The position numbers and the translations under genes were made by a program. A stretch of 62,129 bases of DNA, filler included. It is 11 parts of 11 records of this genome, joined end to end, with 100 filler letters (N's around TTAATTAATTAA, not from the genome) between each part and the next. Parts side by side here need not be neighbours in the genome. Positions count along the whole stretch, not along the records: positions 42,387 to 52,204 come from SRR7504441_4897; positions 52,305 to 56,513 come from SRR7504441_4898; 9 more parts are not named here. The stretch is one strand, 5' to 3'. Positions within the stretch are counted from its first letter, which is position 1. Each line of letters starts with the position of its first letter. Below the pieces are notes generated by a model. The model saw only the letters and a list, made by a program, of their open reading frames with translations, was not told the DNA's origin and searched no databases. Shown piece by piece: positions 42,387 to 55,062 of the stretch.

Positions 42387-45300
42387 ACGAGAGGGACAGT
42401 GTATCATCTCCTCTGAGGTAGGTGTGTTGCACAATCTGGAGCATGAGGACATCGTGCGCAAGGGGCGAGTCGAGCCAGGCAGGATGTTCCTGATCGATTT
42501 CTCCGAAGGCTGCATCATTGAGGATCAGGATGTCAAAGCCCGGATTGGCAACAGACTGCCATATCAGCAGTGGATCGATAACAACCTTGTCTCCCTCCCT
42601 GCGATGGCTCCCCCAGAGATCACACCCTACACTGGCACACTGCGGGGAGAAGCACTTTTGAGACAGCTGCGCTGCTATGGTTACAGCAACGAGACCCTCT
42701 CGATGTTGCTGCTCCCGATGGTGAGCACAAGCAAGGAAGCCTTGGGCTCAATGGGCAATGATGGGGCACTGGCATGCCTTTCCAGCTTGCCGCGACCGGT
42801 ATTTGATTATTTCAAGCAACTGTTCGCTCAGGTGACGAACCCCCCGATCGATTCAATCAGGGAATCGATGGTGATGTCCCTCGCCTGTCCAGTTGGCCCT
42901 GAGGCAAATCTGCTGGAACGTACGCCAGCCCAGTGTCAGCGATTGCTGCTACCCAGACCTCTGCTGCTTCCTCACGAATTGGCAAAACTTAAGCAATCGC
43001 CGCCGCATGGCTGGACCACAGTAGTGCTTGACACTACCATCCCCAAGGGTGCTGACTTTACAAAGGGGCTGCACGAGCTTGCCAAGGCGGCACAGCGTGC
43101 TGTGTTGGGTGGTGGCGCTCTGCTTGTATTGAGTGACACAGCCTGCAGCTCTAGCCGGGTTCCGCTGCCCAGTTTATGTGCAGTTGGAGCCGTGCACCAT
43201 GCCCTGGTGGCCAACAAACTCCGCTCCAAGACTGCAATTCTACTGGAATCAGCAGAACCACGCGAAGTACATCACTTCTGCCTCTTGTTTGGCTATGGTA
43301 TGGATGCAGTGCTGCCATATTTGGCCTACGATGCTCTTCTCGATGCCTATGCAACAGGGCGGTTGCCATGCCCTGGGCCTGGAGACGTCCTTGAGCGATA
43401 CTGCAAATCAGCAGAAAAAGGCATGCTGAAAGTTTTTGGTAAAATGGGCATTTCTACACTACAGTCATACAAAGGTGCGCAGATCTTTGAGGCTGTTGGG
43501 CTGTCACCAGAGGTGGTTTCCATTTGCTTCATTGGCACTGCTTCTCGCGTGGGTGGGGCCACAATGACAGCAATCCAGAGCAACTATGAACAATTGCATC
43601 ACAGTGCGTTTGGGGAGGCAACAGAGTCTCATGTTTTGAGCTCTGAAGGGCAGCTCCATTATCGGCACGGCGGTGAGGAGCACTTGAATACCCCACATGC
43701 CATTTCAATGTTGCAAGAAGCAGCCCGGAAGGACTCGCGACATGCCTTTGACGCATTTGTCAAGGAAGTCGATGGGCAAAATGCCAAGGTTACATTGCGT
43801 GGCGGATTCGAGTTTAGGAAGTTGCACAATGCTGTGCCACTCGGAGAAGTGGAGCCTGCTGCAGAGATTGTTAAAAGATTTGTAACTGGAGCAATGAGCT
43901 TTGGGTCCATCTCGCATGAGGCACACGAGACACTAGCTCTTGCAATGAATTCCATGAATGCTAAGTCTAATACTGGTGAGGGAGGGGAGGACGATATCCG
44001 CTTTCAGCCGCTGGAACCGGGTATGGAGCAAGTTGGGGGTTACATTACCAAACCTGGCGACTCAAAGCGATCTGCTATTAAACAGGTTGCCTCTGGTAGA
44101 TTTGGGGTGACTTCCAATTACCTGACCAATGCTGATGAGGTCCAAATCAAAATGGCACAGGGTGCCAAACCAGGAGAAGGTGGCGAGTTGCCCTCCCACA
44201 AAGTTCATGGAGATATTGCTAGGATCAGAAGGGCCACTCCTGGTGTGGGGCTCATCTCGCCGCCCCCACACCACGATATCTACTCAATCGAAGATTTGGC
44301 GCAGCTGATCCATGACCTGAAGAATGCAAATCGTTCAGCGAGGATATCAGTTAAGCTGGTTTCTGAGGTTGGTGTTGGTGTTGTTGCCTCCGGAGTCGTC
44401 AAAGCCAAGGCAGATCACATCACTATAAGTGGACACGATGGGGGTACTGGAGCAGCTGCCTGGACAGGGATCAAGAACTGTGGACTGCCATGGGAGCTTG
44501 GGATCGCTGAAGCGCAGCAGACTTTGGTCTTGAACAATCTCCGGGACCGCGTTGTGCTGCAAACTGATGGCCAACTTAAAACCCCACGAGATGTTGTGAT
44601 TGCCGCCCTCCTTGGTGCGGAAGAATTTGGCTTCTCTACTGTGCCTCTCATTGCCATGGGGTGTATCATGATGCGCAAATGCCACCTCAACACATGCCCA
44701 GTTGGAATTGCCACCCAAGATCCTGAGCTGCGCAAGAAGTTTGCTGGCAAGCCTGAGCATGTGATCAACTACTTCTTTCTGTTAGCAGAGCAAGTGAGGG
44801 AGATCATGGCACAGCTGGGCTTCCGGCGCATGGATGATATGATTGGGCACACTGAAGTGCTGCAGGCTGATCAACTAGTCTCAGAAGCCAACAAGGCAGG
44901 GCTCGACTTGTCTCCCATGCTCATTCCATCTGCCACCTTGCTTGAAAATGCTGGGAGCATGATTTGTACCACCACCCAGGATCATGGCCTCGAAAACGTG
45001 CTTGATAGGGAGCTGATCAAGGCTGCAGCACTCGAAGCCCCGCATAGGGCTGTGACATATACTGGTTCCATTTGCAACTTGGACCGTACTGTTGGTGCAA
45101 TGCTTTCAAATGAGGTATCCAAGCGCTTTGGAGAGGAAGGGCTACCATATCCAATGCGCTGTGAGTTGCACGGCTCGGCTGGGCAGAGCTTCGGAGCTTT
45201 CTTAGCTAGAGGTGTCTCACTGGTGCTGCACGGGGATGCTAACGATTATGTTGCCAAAGGACTTTCTGGTGGTGAAATTATAGTTAAGCCCACAGCAGAA

Positions 45301-47657
45301 GCACTTGCTCGAGGTTTTGAAGCTGAGAAAAACGTAGTCGTAGGTAATGTGGCATGTTATGGAGCTACAGCTGGTCACGTTTTCTTCCGGGGAAAGGCTG
45401 GAGAGCGGTTCTGTGTTCGCAATTCGGGTGCCAGTGCAGTGGTGGAGGGTCTCGGAGATCATGGTTGTGAGTACATGACAGGAGGCTGTGTCGTGGTGCT
45501 AGGTGATACAGGTATCAATTTTGGCGCTGGCATGAGTGGTGGTGTTGCATTCATTTGGGACCCAGTCAATCGATTTACGGAAAAAGGGAGGCTCAACAGA
45601 GGCCTTGTGGCTCTTGAAACTGTCATAGATCAAGAGGATGTAGATCAGTTGCACTCACTGATTGAGAAGCACTATGCGGCCACAGAATCGACAGTCGCAA
45701 AGATGCTGCTAGACAGTTGGAGCACTTCGGTCACCCAGTTCCACAAGGTGATGCCAGTGGACTACAAAAGATATCTGAATGAGAAAAAGAAACAAGCAAG
45801 ACGCCCGCAACCCAGTATTGCTCAAGCTGCAGCTGTCGCCATCTGCGATGATATGGAAGATGCGTTCACAATTAAGAACGACTCCAGAAAGCATCGGGCT
45901 GGTGACCGGTCAAAGCGCCGAGTTGGGCACCGATCAATCAAAAAGGAAGATGCCGCTTTGCAGGAAGTGTCACCACCAAATCTGAACAAGCTGAAAGGCT
46001 TCATCGAATATGAACGCAATCCAGATGCATACAGGCCAGTCCAGGACAGGCTTGAGGACTGGGATGAGGTCAATGGCGCTGGACATGATCCAGTGGAGCG
46101 CAAACGGCAGGCTGCACGCTGCATGGACTGTGGCACACCTTTCTGTCAGACATATTCGGGCTGTCCCATTAGCAACCTTATTCCAGAGTTCAATAACCTG
46201 GTATTCAGAGACCAATGGAAAGCTGCTCTGGATCGACTGCTCAGTACCAACAACTTCCCAGAGTTCACAGGACGGGTATGCCCTGCACCGTGTGAAGGTT
46301 CGTGTGTTGCTGGCTTGGTAGAGGAACCTGTGACAATCAAAAACATCGAGTATGCCATCATTGAACGAGGGTTTCGGGAGGGCTGGGTCGTACCAAGGCC
46401 ACCTTCCCAGCGCACAGGAAAACACGTGGCAGTGGTCGGGTCAGGTCCAGCTGGACTTGCAGCTGCCGACCAACTCAACAAGATGGGACATTCTGTTACT
46501 GTTTATGAGCGTGCTGACAGAGCTGGAGGGCTACTCATGTACGGAATACCCAATATGAAGCTCAGTAAAGCTGCAGTGCAGCGCCGCTTGGATCTGATGT
46601 CAGCTGAAGGTGTGGTATTCCGTTGTAATGCAGAGGTGGGGAGTGGCAACCTTACCCTGAACTCTCTGCGGCATAGCGCCGATGCCGTGCTGCTGGCCTG
46701 TGGAGCAACTGTACCAAGACGACTGCCTGTGCATGGACATGAACTTGCTGGAGTGCACATGGCAATGGATTTTCTTACACAAAACACACAAGCCCTGCTC
46801 CGAGATGGGAGCACTCCTCTCCACTGCACTGGTGACTACATTTCTGCCAAAGGCCTCGATGTCATTGTGATTGGCGGTGGTGACACTGGTACAGACTGTA
46901 TTGGAACTTCTATCAGGCATGGTTGCAAGTCAGTCATCAACTTAGAACTCCTTCCCCAGCCACCAGAGGACCGAGATGTGTCAAACCCTTGGCCTGAGTG
47001 GCCCCGTGTCTATCGGGTAGATTATGGTCACCATGAGGGCAGAGAAGTATTTGGAGCTGATCCACGGCAGTACTGTGTCATGACCAAGTCCTTTCTGGGC
47101 GACACAATGGGCCGAGTGTGTGGTATTGAAGTCGAGTCAGTAGAATGGAAGGCTACAATGCCTGCAGATTCTGGGAAAAAGCCCAAGTGGGAGCTAGTGT
47201 CAGTCCCAAAGTCCAAGCGCACCATTACTGCAGACCTTGTGGTGACTTGCCTTGCATTAGAACTCGGGGAAGTTGAGACCCTGTATGCAGATCCTAGCTC
47301 TTGGGTTCCTTGGGCCAGAAGCGGGCATTGCAAAATCACAGGGCATCATGCTAGATCGGAGCTCCAACTTTGAGGCAATCTACATCTAGCATGGTGTTAA
47401 GACTGACCTGGTGTGTTCATCAGGCGAAGTACGGCGAATTCGAGACCACACAGCCTGGCATCTTTGCTGCAGGGGACTGCCGTCGAGGTATGCTCGTGAT
47501 TGTGGCCACTGCATGTCAACTTGATTGTGCTCTGTTGGTTTCAGGTCAGTCACTGGTGGTCTGGGCAATCAATGAAGGCCGCTTAGTTGCCGACAAGATT
47601 AACGAGTACATTACAGCCAATGAACATATGATGATTGGCGACGCTTCGAAGCTGTAG
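42387..47657 (+). CDS. GLT1: NADH-dependent glutamate synthase, fused alpha+beta polypeptide, 5' truncated; 3 introns near 3' end
   Basis: [86 protein letters not shown]; beta part [47 protein letters not shown]; spliced end [40 protein letters not shown]. Confidence 0.98.
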
Positions 47658-47822
47658 AACCAAGTGCTACACTGCCAATCGACTGTGACACTGCCAATCA
47701 CTAGAACTTCAGCTACCTAATAGCCTTGGCAAGTACTTGAAAAACAGCACGATCATAATTATCTAATGGGCTGGGTTTTTATCACGCATTAAAATGGCTT
47801 AAATCTCTATTTGATTTTTAAA

Positions 47823-50709
47823 CTATGTACTTGTAGTGGCGTTTTGCAATTGAGTGATTATGGCTGGATCCACCCCCTGCATGAGTTGGGAATAGACTGC
47901 ATCTCCTAGTCTCTCTTGCAATTGTTGCAAGCATTGGACTACAACCACCCGCAAATCCAGCTGTCCCATACCTTGCATCTGAACTTGTCGACGATGCATT
48001 TCTAGTGGCACAGACGAAGGCTTTCGGGTAGCACCAAAATCATCTGCCATGATTACACTGACCCAAACATCTAGTACTTGGGCAGTGTGTTGAAGCACCA
48101 CAGGACTGGCAGTGAGCATCAACCCGCACAGCGCCAAGGCACAGAGCTGCCGCCTGTCCTGTGTCAAGATGGCATCTGTCTTATCAAGCCAACTCGCCAT
48201 TACTCCCCCTAAAAGTTCATCGGGCTGCAGAATGTCAGCTATTGCAGCCTTGTTGTGAAAGGTTATCCTAGCAAATGCGACAATTATCTCTACTGAGGTG
48301 AAATCTCCTGGGTCTGAGACGAGTGCCTGGGCGAGCAATCGCCCCACATTGGCCAGCAAACTTGGGGACTCCGCTGGTGCCACACAGATCATTGCATCAA
48401 CCAGCTGTGCCACGGCACGGATCTCACGCTGATCTGTCCTTTGAAGTTGTGGAAGCATTGCCTGTAGGGCACCTCCAATATGCTGCCCCCATGCAGCCAA
48501 AAATACTCGGCCTCCCAAGATAACCAGAGCCTCAAGAATGTGAAGAGCCGAACCCTGTATGAACTTCACGGATACTAGCTCAATCAGTTTTGCAGCAAAT
48601 CTCTCGATCAAAACCTCTGCAGGAGGAGCAAAGTGTAGCAATGCAAGCATCAACTCCAGCCCACCCTCGCGCAGAGCGAGCTGTTCGCCATCAGACCCAT
48701 CTCCATTGAGCGCCAAATCGAGCACAGGTATCACCGCTTGGGCCGCTTCCCTGTGCTGTCCACACACACTAGCTGCTGGCCGAAGCATCTCCACTGCTGC
48801 TGCTGCCAACTGCGTCTCAACTTGGAGCTGTGAGAGTAAGTGTGGGGTTGTAGTAAGCACAGCCTCCGCAATTTTGGAGCACACAGCATCATCCGTGCAC
48901 TTGTGCTGAAGGCTGGTAATAGTTCGAAGCAATCTGAGCTTTCCGTCGTTTGACTCGATGGTAGGCACGAGTTGAAGAAGCACTGATGCTACAATCTGTA
49001 ACGAGTCAGCATTAAAAGGTTGCTCGTCCTCTTGGGAATCCTCAACAATTGAGATGAAAGCAACAGCAGCAGTAAGCCTGACAACTTCATGCATTTGTCC
49101 CACTGCAGCACCAACTGTGGAAACAAGTGAACTGCGTATCTCAGCTGGCAGCCCCACTCCACCCTTCCCAAGCAGCCAGATGATGCGGCGGTGCAAATAG
49201 CGCTGAGCTCCAGCACATCCATCCGGGGCGACTTGTAGCTCTGCAAATAGACGCTGCTGGAACCAGCCAGTTAAATCCATAGAGTCCGCCTGGTCGGGAA
49301 GACAAGTCCCCAATACATGAATACATGCCTCTTTCAGTGCGACTGCCTCTGGAGTGCTTGCTCCTGCTCCACCGCAGGATGAAAACATTTCAGCGAGCAT
49401 CCCCACTGCCCCATTGCTGCCTGGCCATGTCAGAACTGCCTTTGCTAGCCCTTCGGCGGTGCTAATGCTGCGCTCACGGTCATAGTACGACGTCTCGCCT
49501 GTTCCGAGCACCAGACCTTCAGGATCTGATTCCCAGGCCTCAGCATCCTCTGGGCTGATTGAGAGCAGCTTGCTTGTGAGCACTTGCAGTAGGGTCCTGA
49601 TTCGCTCTGGTGTGAACGCGCTGCTCATGGCATTGGCTGCAGCCACTGCCTCTGGGCGAGGCGCCCTAACACGGCTAGTTGCGCGGTATGAACTAGTCTC
49701 GAGGCTGATCGTGAGGATGCGTTGGGAGAGCATAGCCAGTTCTGGCTCATGCTGATCGGCCAATGAATTGAGAGCAAACTCAAGGTAGAGCTGCAGCTGC
49801 GGGGCAAACACGAGAGGGTGCTTCTTCCATATCTCGGTGAGCAGCTTGCCGATGTGATGCACGCACCGGGCCAGCTTCTCGGTGGTTGTATGTGTTGGCC
49901 CGAGCTGCTGCTCGGCAAGCTTGCGCACGTCGGCGACTTTTTTCATAATCTCAAACGCTGCTGGGATGATAATGAGGGCCTGGCTGACTGAAAACAGCTG
50001 GGTGAACCCGAACAGCATAATTCTGCGAAGCACCTTTGATGCCAGAGTGAGACCGTGGATGGCCAGCTCGGACAGCTGGGCACCGGAGCTGTCACAGACG
50101 TTGTTAGCAAACCCGGACCACTGCTGATGGACGAACTCGAGCAGCTCGGGCGCAAGCTGCTGGAAGTGCTTGCGGTCCGCCAGCAGGCACTTGGAGGACA
50201 GCTCCTTGAGCACGAAGTGCACCACCATCAGCACGCGGATCAGCCTCTGCGGCGCGGCCCCTTGCAGCAGCGAGCTCAGGGTCGGGAACAGCTCGCCCCA
50301 CTCGGCCGGATAATCGGACCGGGCGATCTTGGAGATCAGCACCGCCTTCTGGAGCGCCACTGCGTCGTCGTCGTCGTCGATCAGCTCGAGGGACCGCCGC
50401 CGGATGTGGCTCTTCTCCTCTGAGTTCACCGGCACCAGCTCCGAGGTGCGCGGGGCCCAGTACCGCCCGATGTTGTTCTTCAGGTAGATGGCAGCGAGCT
50501 GGCGCACCTGGTTGCCCGCCTCGACGCTGGACGTGACCTCGAGCAGAGCGGCGCAGAACCCGGTAGCCTGCGCGCCGCACAGTGGGCCGGCCGCGGCGCA
50601 TCGGGCGCACCTGCTCGTTCTCGCGCAGGAACTGCTCGGCCGGCTTACGCAGCGCCGCGTCCGGGTTGTTCATCTGAGACAGCGCCGCGGCGATGCTCGA
50701 CGGCTGCAT
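47823..50709 (-). CDS. IPO11: Importin-11 (Kap120-like importin-beta family); 1 intron
   Basis: MQPSSIAAAL..KPAEQFLRENEQ|ATGFCAALL..VRQLAAIYLKNNIGRYW, EEKSHIR, AVLISKIARSDYPAEWGELF, VLKELSSKCLLADRKHF, WESDPE, LKEA, RRIIWLLG, VVRLTAA, RRQLCALAL. Confidence 0.9.
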
Positions 50710-50895
50710 CTCCGCCCCGACCGCGCTCCTTGAGTTTTTGTTGAACTCGAGCTCGAGGCCCCTTGGCACACCAGTCGAACACGTGGGCTGCGCGGAGCGA
50801 CCGCGAGGCTGCACCCAGACACATCGCCGTTCGCTGTGGCGGTCAAGCACTCGCGGCGACCCTTTCCTGGGAGCGACAGACGCGCGGCATAGGCG

Positions 50896-52204
50896 ATGCT
50901 CATTCCGGCGTTCCAGATTCACCTGAAGCAGACGGTGCTCCCAGGCCAAGCATGTGTGGGCAAATTCGACGGCGAGCACGTGTCCCTCACCTGCGCCACC
51001 GACGGGGGCCGGCTCTTTGTCCACTGTCCGCACGAAGGTGAAGGAGTGCGCTTCCTCAGCATCAACAAAGAGGTCACCGGGCTCGCGGCCGGCCGGCTGG
51101 ATCCCAATTCGGAACGCGACGTGCTGCTCGTTGGTATGCGCAACCAGCTGCTTGTTTTCGACGTGGAGCAGAACCAGGACCTGATCTTCAAAGAGGTATC
51201 GTACCCCACTCCTGATTACCCTACCCTTGCTAATCCCCGCGAGCCCACCGACAGTGGCCCGTGCTCTGGCCAGCTCTGCTGGGGCGGCCAACCCTTCACT
51301 TGGTGCGCCAGGTGCCCGACGGGATCAACACACTGGAGTTTGGGATGATCGGTAGCATCCCGGCTCCATTGGCGGTGCGTACCGGCTACATTAGTTGTTG
51401 ACCCAAAGCTAAATCGCCGCTGGGCTCAGATTGTGGGCGGCAATTGCTCAATCCAAGGCTTTGACTTTGAAGCGAACGAGGCATTGTGCATTGCAGCTTA
51501 CCCTGGCGGGAACAGGTCCGCAACGACAGCAACGGAGAGCTGATCTACAAGGACCAGGTTGCCTGAATAGAGCCTCAACTTTGCTGTGTGATATGAATTC
51601 TTCTATGGCAGTTCGAGCACGGCATTGCGGCCATTCTTGCCGCAGATTATACGGGCGAAGGTCGGGAACAGATTATTGTTTGTGCCGAAGATGGTGAGGT
51701 ATATTAGCAACGCGTAATGGATTTCTTTAAGTCTGTGGCAGGTTCGTGGTTATGTGGCAGCAGCTGGGGAGGCCGCCAAAAACTTGATGGATATGCAGGC
51801 AGAGGATGGAACTCTTAAAGAGCTAAAAGCAAGGAAACAAGAGTTGCTGGCAGAGGTGCGGAACTATGATAAGACAATTGAATCTGCAGCTGGTGTGCAA
51901 AACTCTGCAGCCCCATCAGTTGTCCCACCAGATACACAGATTCAGTTATCCACAAGGCACTTCACAGGTGGGCTAGTGATTGAAGTTAGCACCAATAACG
52001 ATGCCTGCATCAAGTGCATTGCTGCATTTGGCGAAAATATATTTCAAAACAGCGACTCTCATGTTCTACACCCTCGCACAGCCACAACTTCGCTGGAACT
52101 GAAGCTCACACTGTCAAATGACGTGCCGACCACGTTGAAACTTTCAGTTCTGGTTGGATCATGGTCAGGCTCACAGCTGCTGGGTGAGCTCAAGAAACGC
52201 CAAA
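50896..52204 (+). CDS. BBS2: Bardet-Biedl syndrome 2 (BBSome) homolog, 3' truncated and lacking an internal segment
   Basis: MLIPAFQIHL..VGKFDGEH..LSINKEVTGLAAGRL..DVLLVG..DLIFKE|VPDGIN..|IVGGNCSIQGFD..|VRNDSNGELIYKDQ|F..ADY..IIVCAEDGE|VRGY..LKELKARKQELLAEVRNY..STNND..SHVLHP. Confidence 0.93.
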
Positions 52205-52304
52205 NNNNNNNNNNNNNNNNNNNNNNNNNNNNNNNNNNNNNNNNNNNNTTAATTAATTAANNNNNNNNNNNNNNNNNNNNNNNNNNNNNNNNNNNNNNNN
52301 NNNN
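52205..52304. other. Artificial contig-joining spacer
   Basis: N44-TTAATTAATTAA-N44. Confidence 0.99.
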
Positions 52305-52718
52305 CGGCGGGCTGCGCGTGCGACTCGCCGATCCCGCCGGCGCCGCCGCTGCCCAAGGGCTGCAGCGATGCGCACTGCGGCGGGGCGGCAGCTGCGTGCT
52401 GCGGCAAGTTGTCGGGCGCGTTTCAGTGCTCGGTAGAATGCGATGATTGCTGCGCCTGGAACTCCACAGCTCAATCAGCTTAGCGGCGCAGGGTCATCCC
52501 GCCGGGGGGGGGGGGGAATATTAGAGGGTTGTAAGTACTTGTAACAAGTGCATGCAAGTAGGCCATCGCTTTGAATCGCTGCGTAGGTGTGCGCTGCTGC
52601 ATGCAATGAACCGCACACATACTTGGTGCCTCTAACAAGCTTGTATAGCCCGATTTTATATAAGTGTTCCAATGAATTAAGATGCCCGTTGCTCATCAGA
52701 GGGGCTTGCTGTAATCTA

Positions 52719-53749
52719 TCAATAGTCCCGGCTCTTATTCTGCGGCCCTATGCTGTAGCGCGCGATACTCGAGTAGCTGGAGCCCGATTTCATCGAGTCG
52801 GCGTGTGCTTGGAACTCTAGGAAGACCGGCCTTGGGGCGTCGAGCGCCAATTGGATGTTCTCGCTGCAACGCACGGCCGTCTCATTCAGAGCCGCCGCGC
52901 GGGCTGCTCACCCTAGTTTGAGGATCGCGCCCTCGTTATCCGTGCTGCGCGTCCAGACAGCCACCCTATCGCCCGCTTTCCGCCTGGCTACCTGCGCAGA
53001 ACCAGTCATCCAGCCGACACTAGCTGGGGCGCACCACTGCGCCCGTGATCTCGTCCGAGGCGTCGATCGTCTCTCCGATCAGCCCAAGCACCAAGTTCTC
53101 CCAGTATTGAGAAAGTAGCTGCTTCTCATGGTTTCGGACATTGATCACCCACTTGCCGCCCGCCGCGTTCTGAGGGTCCTCCCACATGGGCTTTATGCCC
53201 TGCCCCACCGTCCGTCCCGGCCCTGCCCGCCGGCGGGGCGCACCGCCTTGAACAGATGGTAGTTGCTGTTGACGTCCAGGGACTCAGGCTTCTTCAGGTG
53301 ATTATACAAGCCCCAGAACTTGCCCACCTACCCCCGGCCGGTCCGCGCCCCGCCGCGTGGCCGGGCCCACCGTGTCAAAGCTGCCCACCTCTTCCAGCCC
53401 CCCCTCGAAGGCATTCGAGTCCCCGCGTTTGCCCTTGTTGACCGTGCGCTTATCGTACCTGCCCAGCCGGCTCAGCCCGGGCCAGCAGGCCGGGGCCGAC
53501 CAAATGGTCCAGGTGGTGTCCAACGGGTGCTCCCCCGCGTCGGGCTGTGCGCTCTCGTCGGGCTCTGAGGTCGAGTTGTCTGCAGCAGTCACCAGTGAGT
53601 TCGGCTCTTACTGGCCGACGGAGGGGTCTCTGACACGGCCCCAGCCGGAGGCCCAAGGACGCCAATGGCCGGCAGGCAACAAGCGGACAGGCCAGCAGCA
53701 CGCCCAGGGGTTCGCCGCCTGCGCAGTCAGTATGCCGCTCACCCGCCAT
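52719..53749 (-). CDS. eIF4E: Eukaryotic translation initiation factor 4E family; 6 introns
   Basis: MA|DNSTS..HPLDTTWTIW|YD..FEGGLEEVGSFDT|VGKFWGLYNHL..YHLFKA|GIKPMWEDPQNAAGGKW..YWENLVLGLIGE..EITGAVV|..RVAVWT..LG|EN..FQAH; stop 52719-52721. Confidence 0.95.
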
Positions 53750-54040
53750 GCCGCTCTCTGCTGACGGACCCGCTCGGGAATCGGCCAACGGAAGTTGCAT
53801 CAGACAGGCTCAGGCTACAGTATAGCCGCGTGCCACCCGGCAACCGAATCGAATGGGGTGTCGACACAGCCATCGGCTCTACATGGCCTAGATATCGCAT
53901 CGAATCGCGTCGGGTGGCACTCTCCGATCAACTCTCGATAATATCTCGATAATAATTGAAGCTCTTTAACGCTCACACCGAAGATCCGAACTGAGTGTAG
54001 GCAACAGAGCATCGGCAGTGCCGTGAGAGCGACCCAGGGG

Positions 54041-54932
54041 CTACCAGCGGTCCCCATACCCCTTGGGCCATTTGTCGGTCTTGGTACCAATCCGGTGTGT
54101 TGTGTCCACCACTCCCGTCTCCAGAGGCATCCAGGATGAACTGACCCCCGACTCAGCCCAGCCAACCAGCCCCAGCCCACCAGTCGCGCGGCACCGTCGA
54201 CGCAAACGCCACGCTTTGCGAGCTGGGTGCCCTCACGCCAAGTTTGACGTTGCTGCCCCGATGATTCACTGCGATGTCGAGGTGAAACTGGCACACGACT
54301 CAGCTCTACATCAGCGCCCGGGGCTCACCTCGCCCGCCCCCCGCTGCACCTCCGACACCCGCGGGGCTTTCGAATTCATTATCGCGTAACGGGACGGCGA
54401 CTCTGCCCGTCGGGCTCGCCCGGGCGGCCTGCGCGCGCCGCACCCCGCAGCCGCTGCCCGATGGTGTGCCGGGTCTCAGCCCCGATCAAGGCCCGGTCGG
54501 CGTGGCCGGCCTGGGTGTACTTTGTGGCCGCCACGCTCTCTTTGGCCAAAAGCCGCGCTCGAGAGGCAGACACGACCTTCCGGGGCACAGCCGGCTTGGG
54601 GGCCTCATGCGACTGCCCCCCGCTGGCCGCCCGACCGGCTGTCGAGTTACCAGCTGCCGGTGCTCGTAGCCGCGGGCCTGCCGGGCCGAGGTCTGGCTGC
54701 GCCGCTCCTCGGGGGTCCGGCGCGTGGCTTGCCGAGTCCGAGCGGTCCGCTGTGCCCAGGCTGAGGGGCGGGGCGGAGGGATGGGCGCCTCCTCGCCGCC
54801 GCGCGGGACTGCTACTACTGTCGGGGTCTTGGTCATCTGCAGCAGCCCCCCGCTCAGCCCAGCGCACCCCAATGGCCTGGCTCGCACCGTCCGCAAGACC
54901 GCAGTGCTGTGTTGTGGTGTCAACGCCGCCAT
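54041..54932 (-). CDS. Hypothetical basic multi-exon protein (possibly flagellar), not captured by the ORF track; 5 introns
   Basis: GT-AG introns of typical size give one frame MAALTPQHSTAVLRT|MTKTP..HRQL|SHEAPK..TIGQRLR|ESPSRYAIMNSKAPRVSE|FHLD..SVAFASTVPRD|CSSW..GYGDRW stop; AFASTVPR resembles SHIPPO-like spacers. Confidence 0.5.
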
Positions 54933-55062
54933 TTGCTGCCGTTATTTTTGAGCACCGCGGGCCGGGGTAAAGCTGACGACCACCGGGCGAACCATTAAGC
55001 TGTCTCGGCACACGGCCTGTCTCTCGGCAACGGTCAGCTGACGGCACCACTCCGAGGGCAAG

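Noticed and set aside
42387-47657. Fusion of glutamate synthase large and small subunits as a novelty
   Set aside because: This is the normal organisation of eukaryotic NADH-GOGAT.
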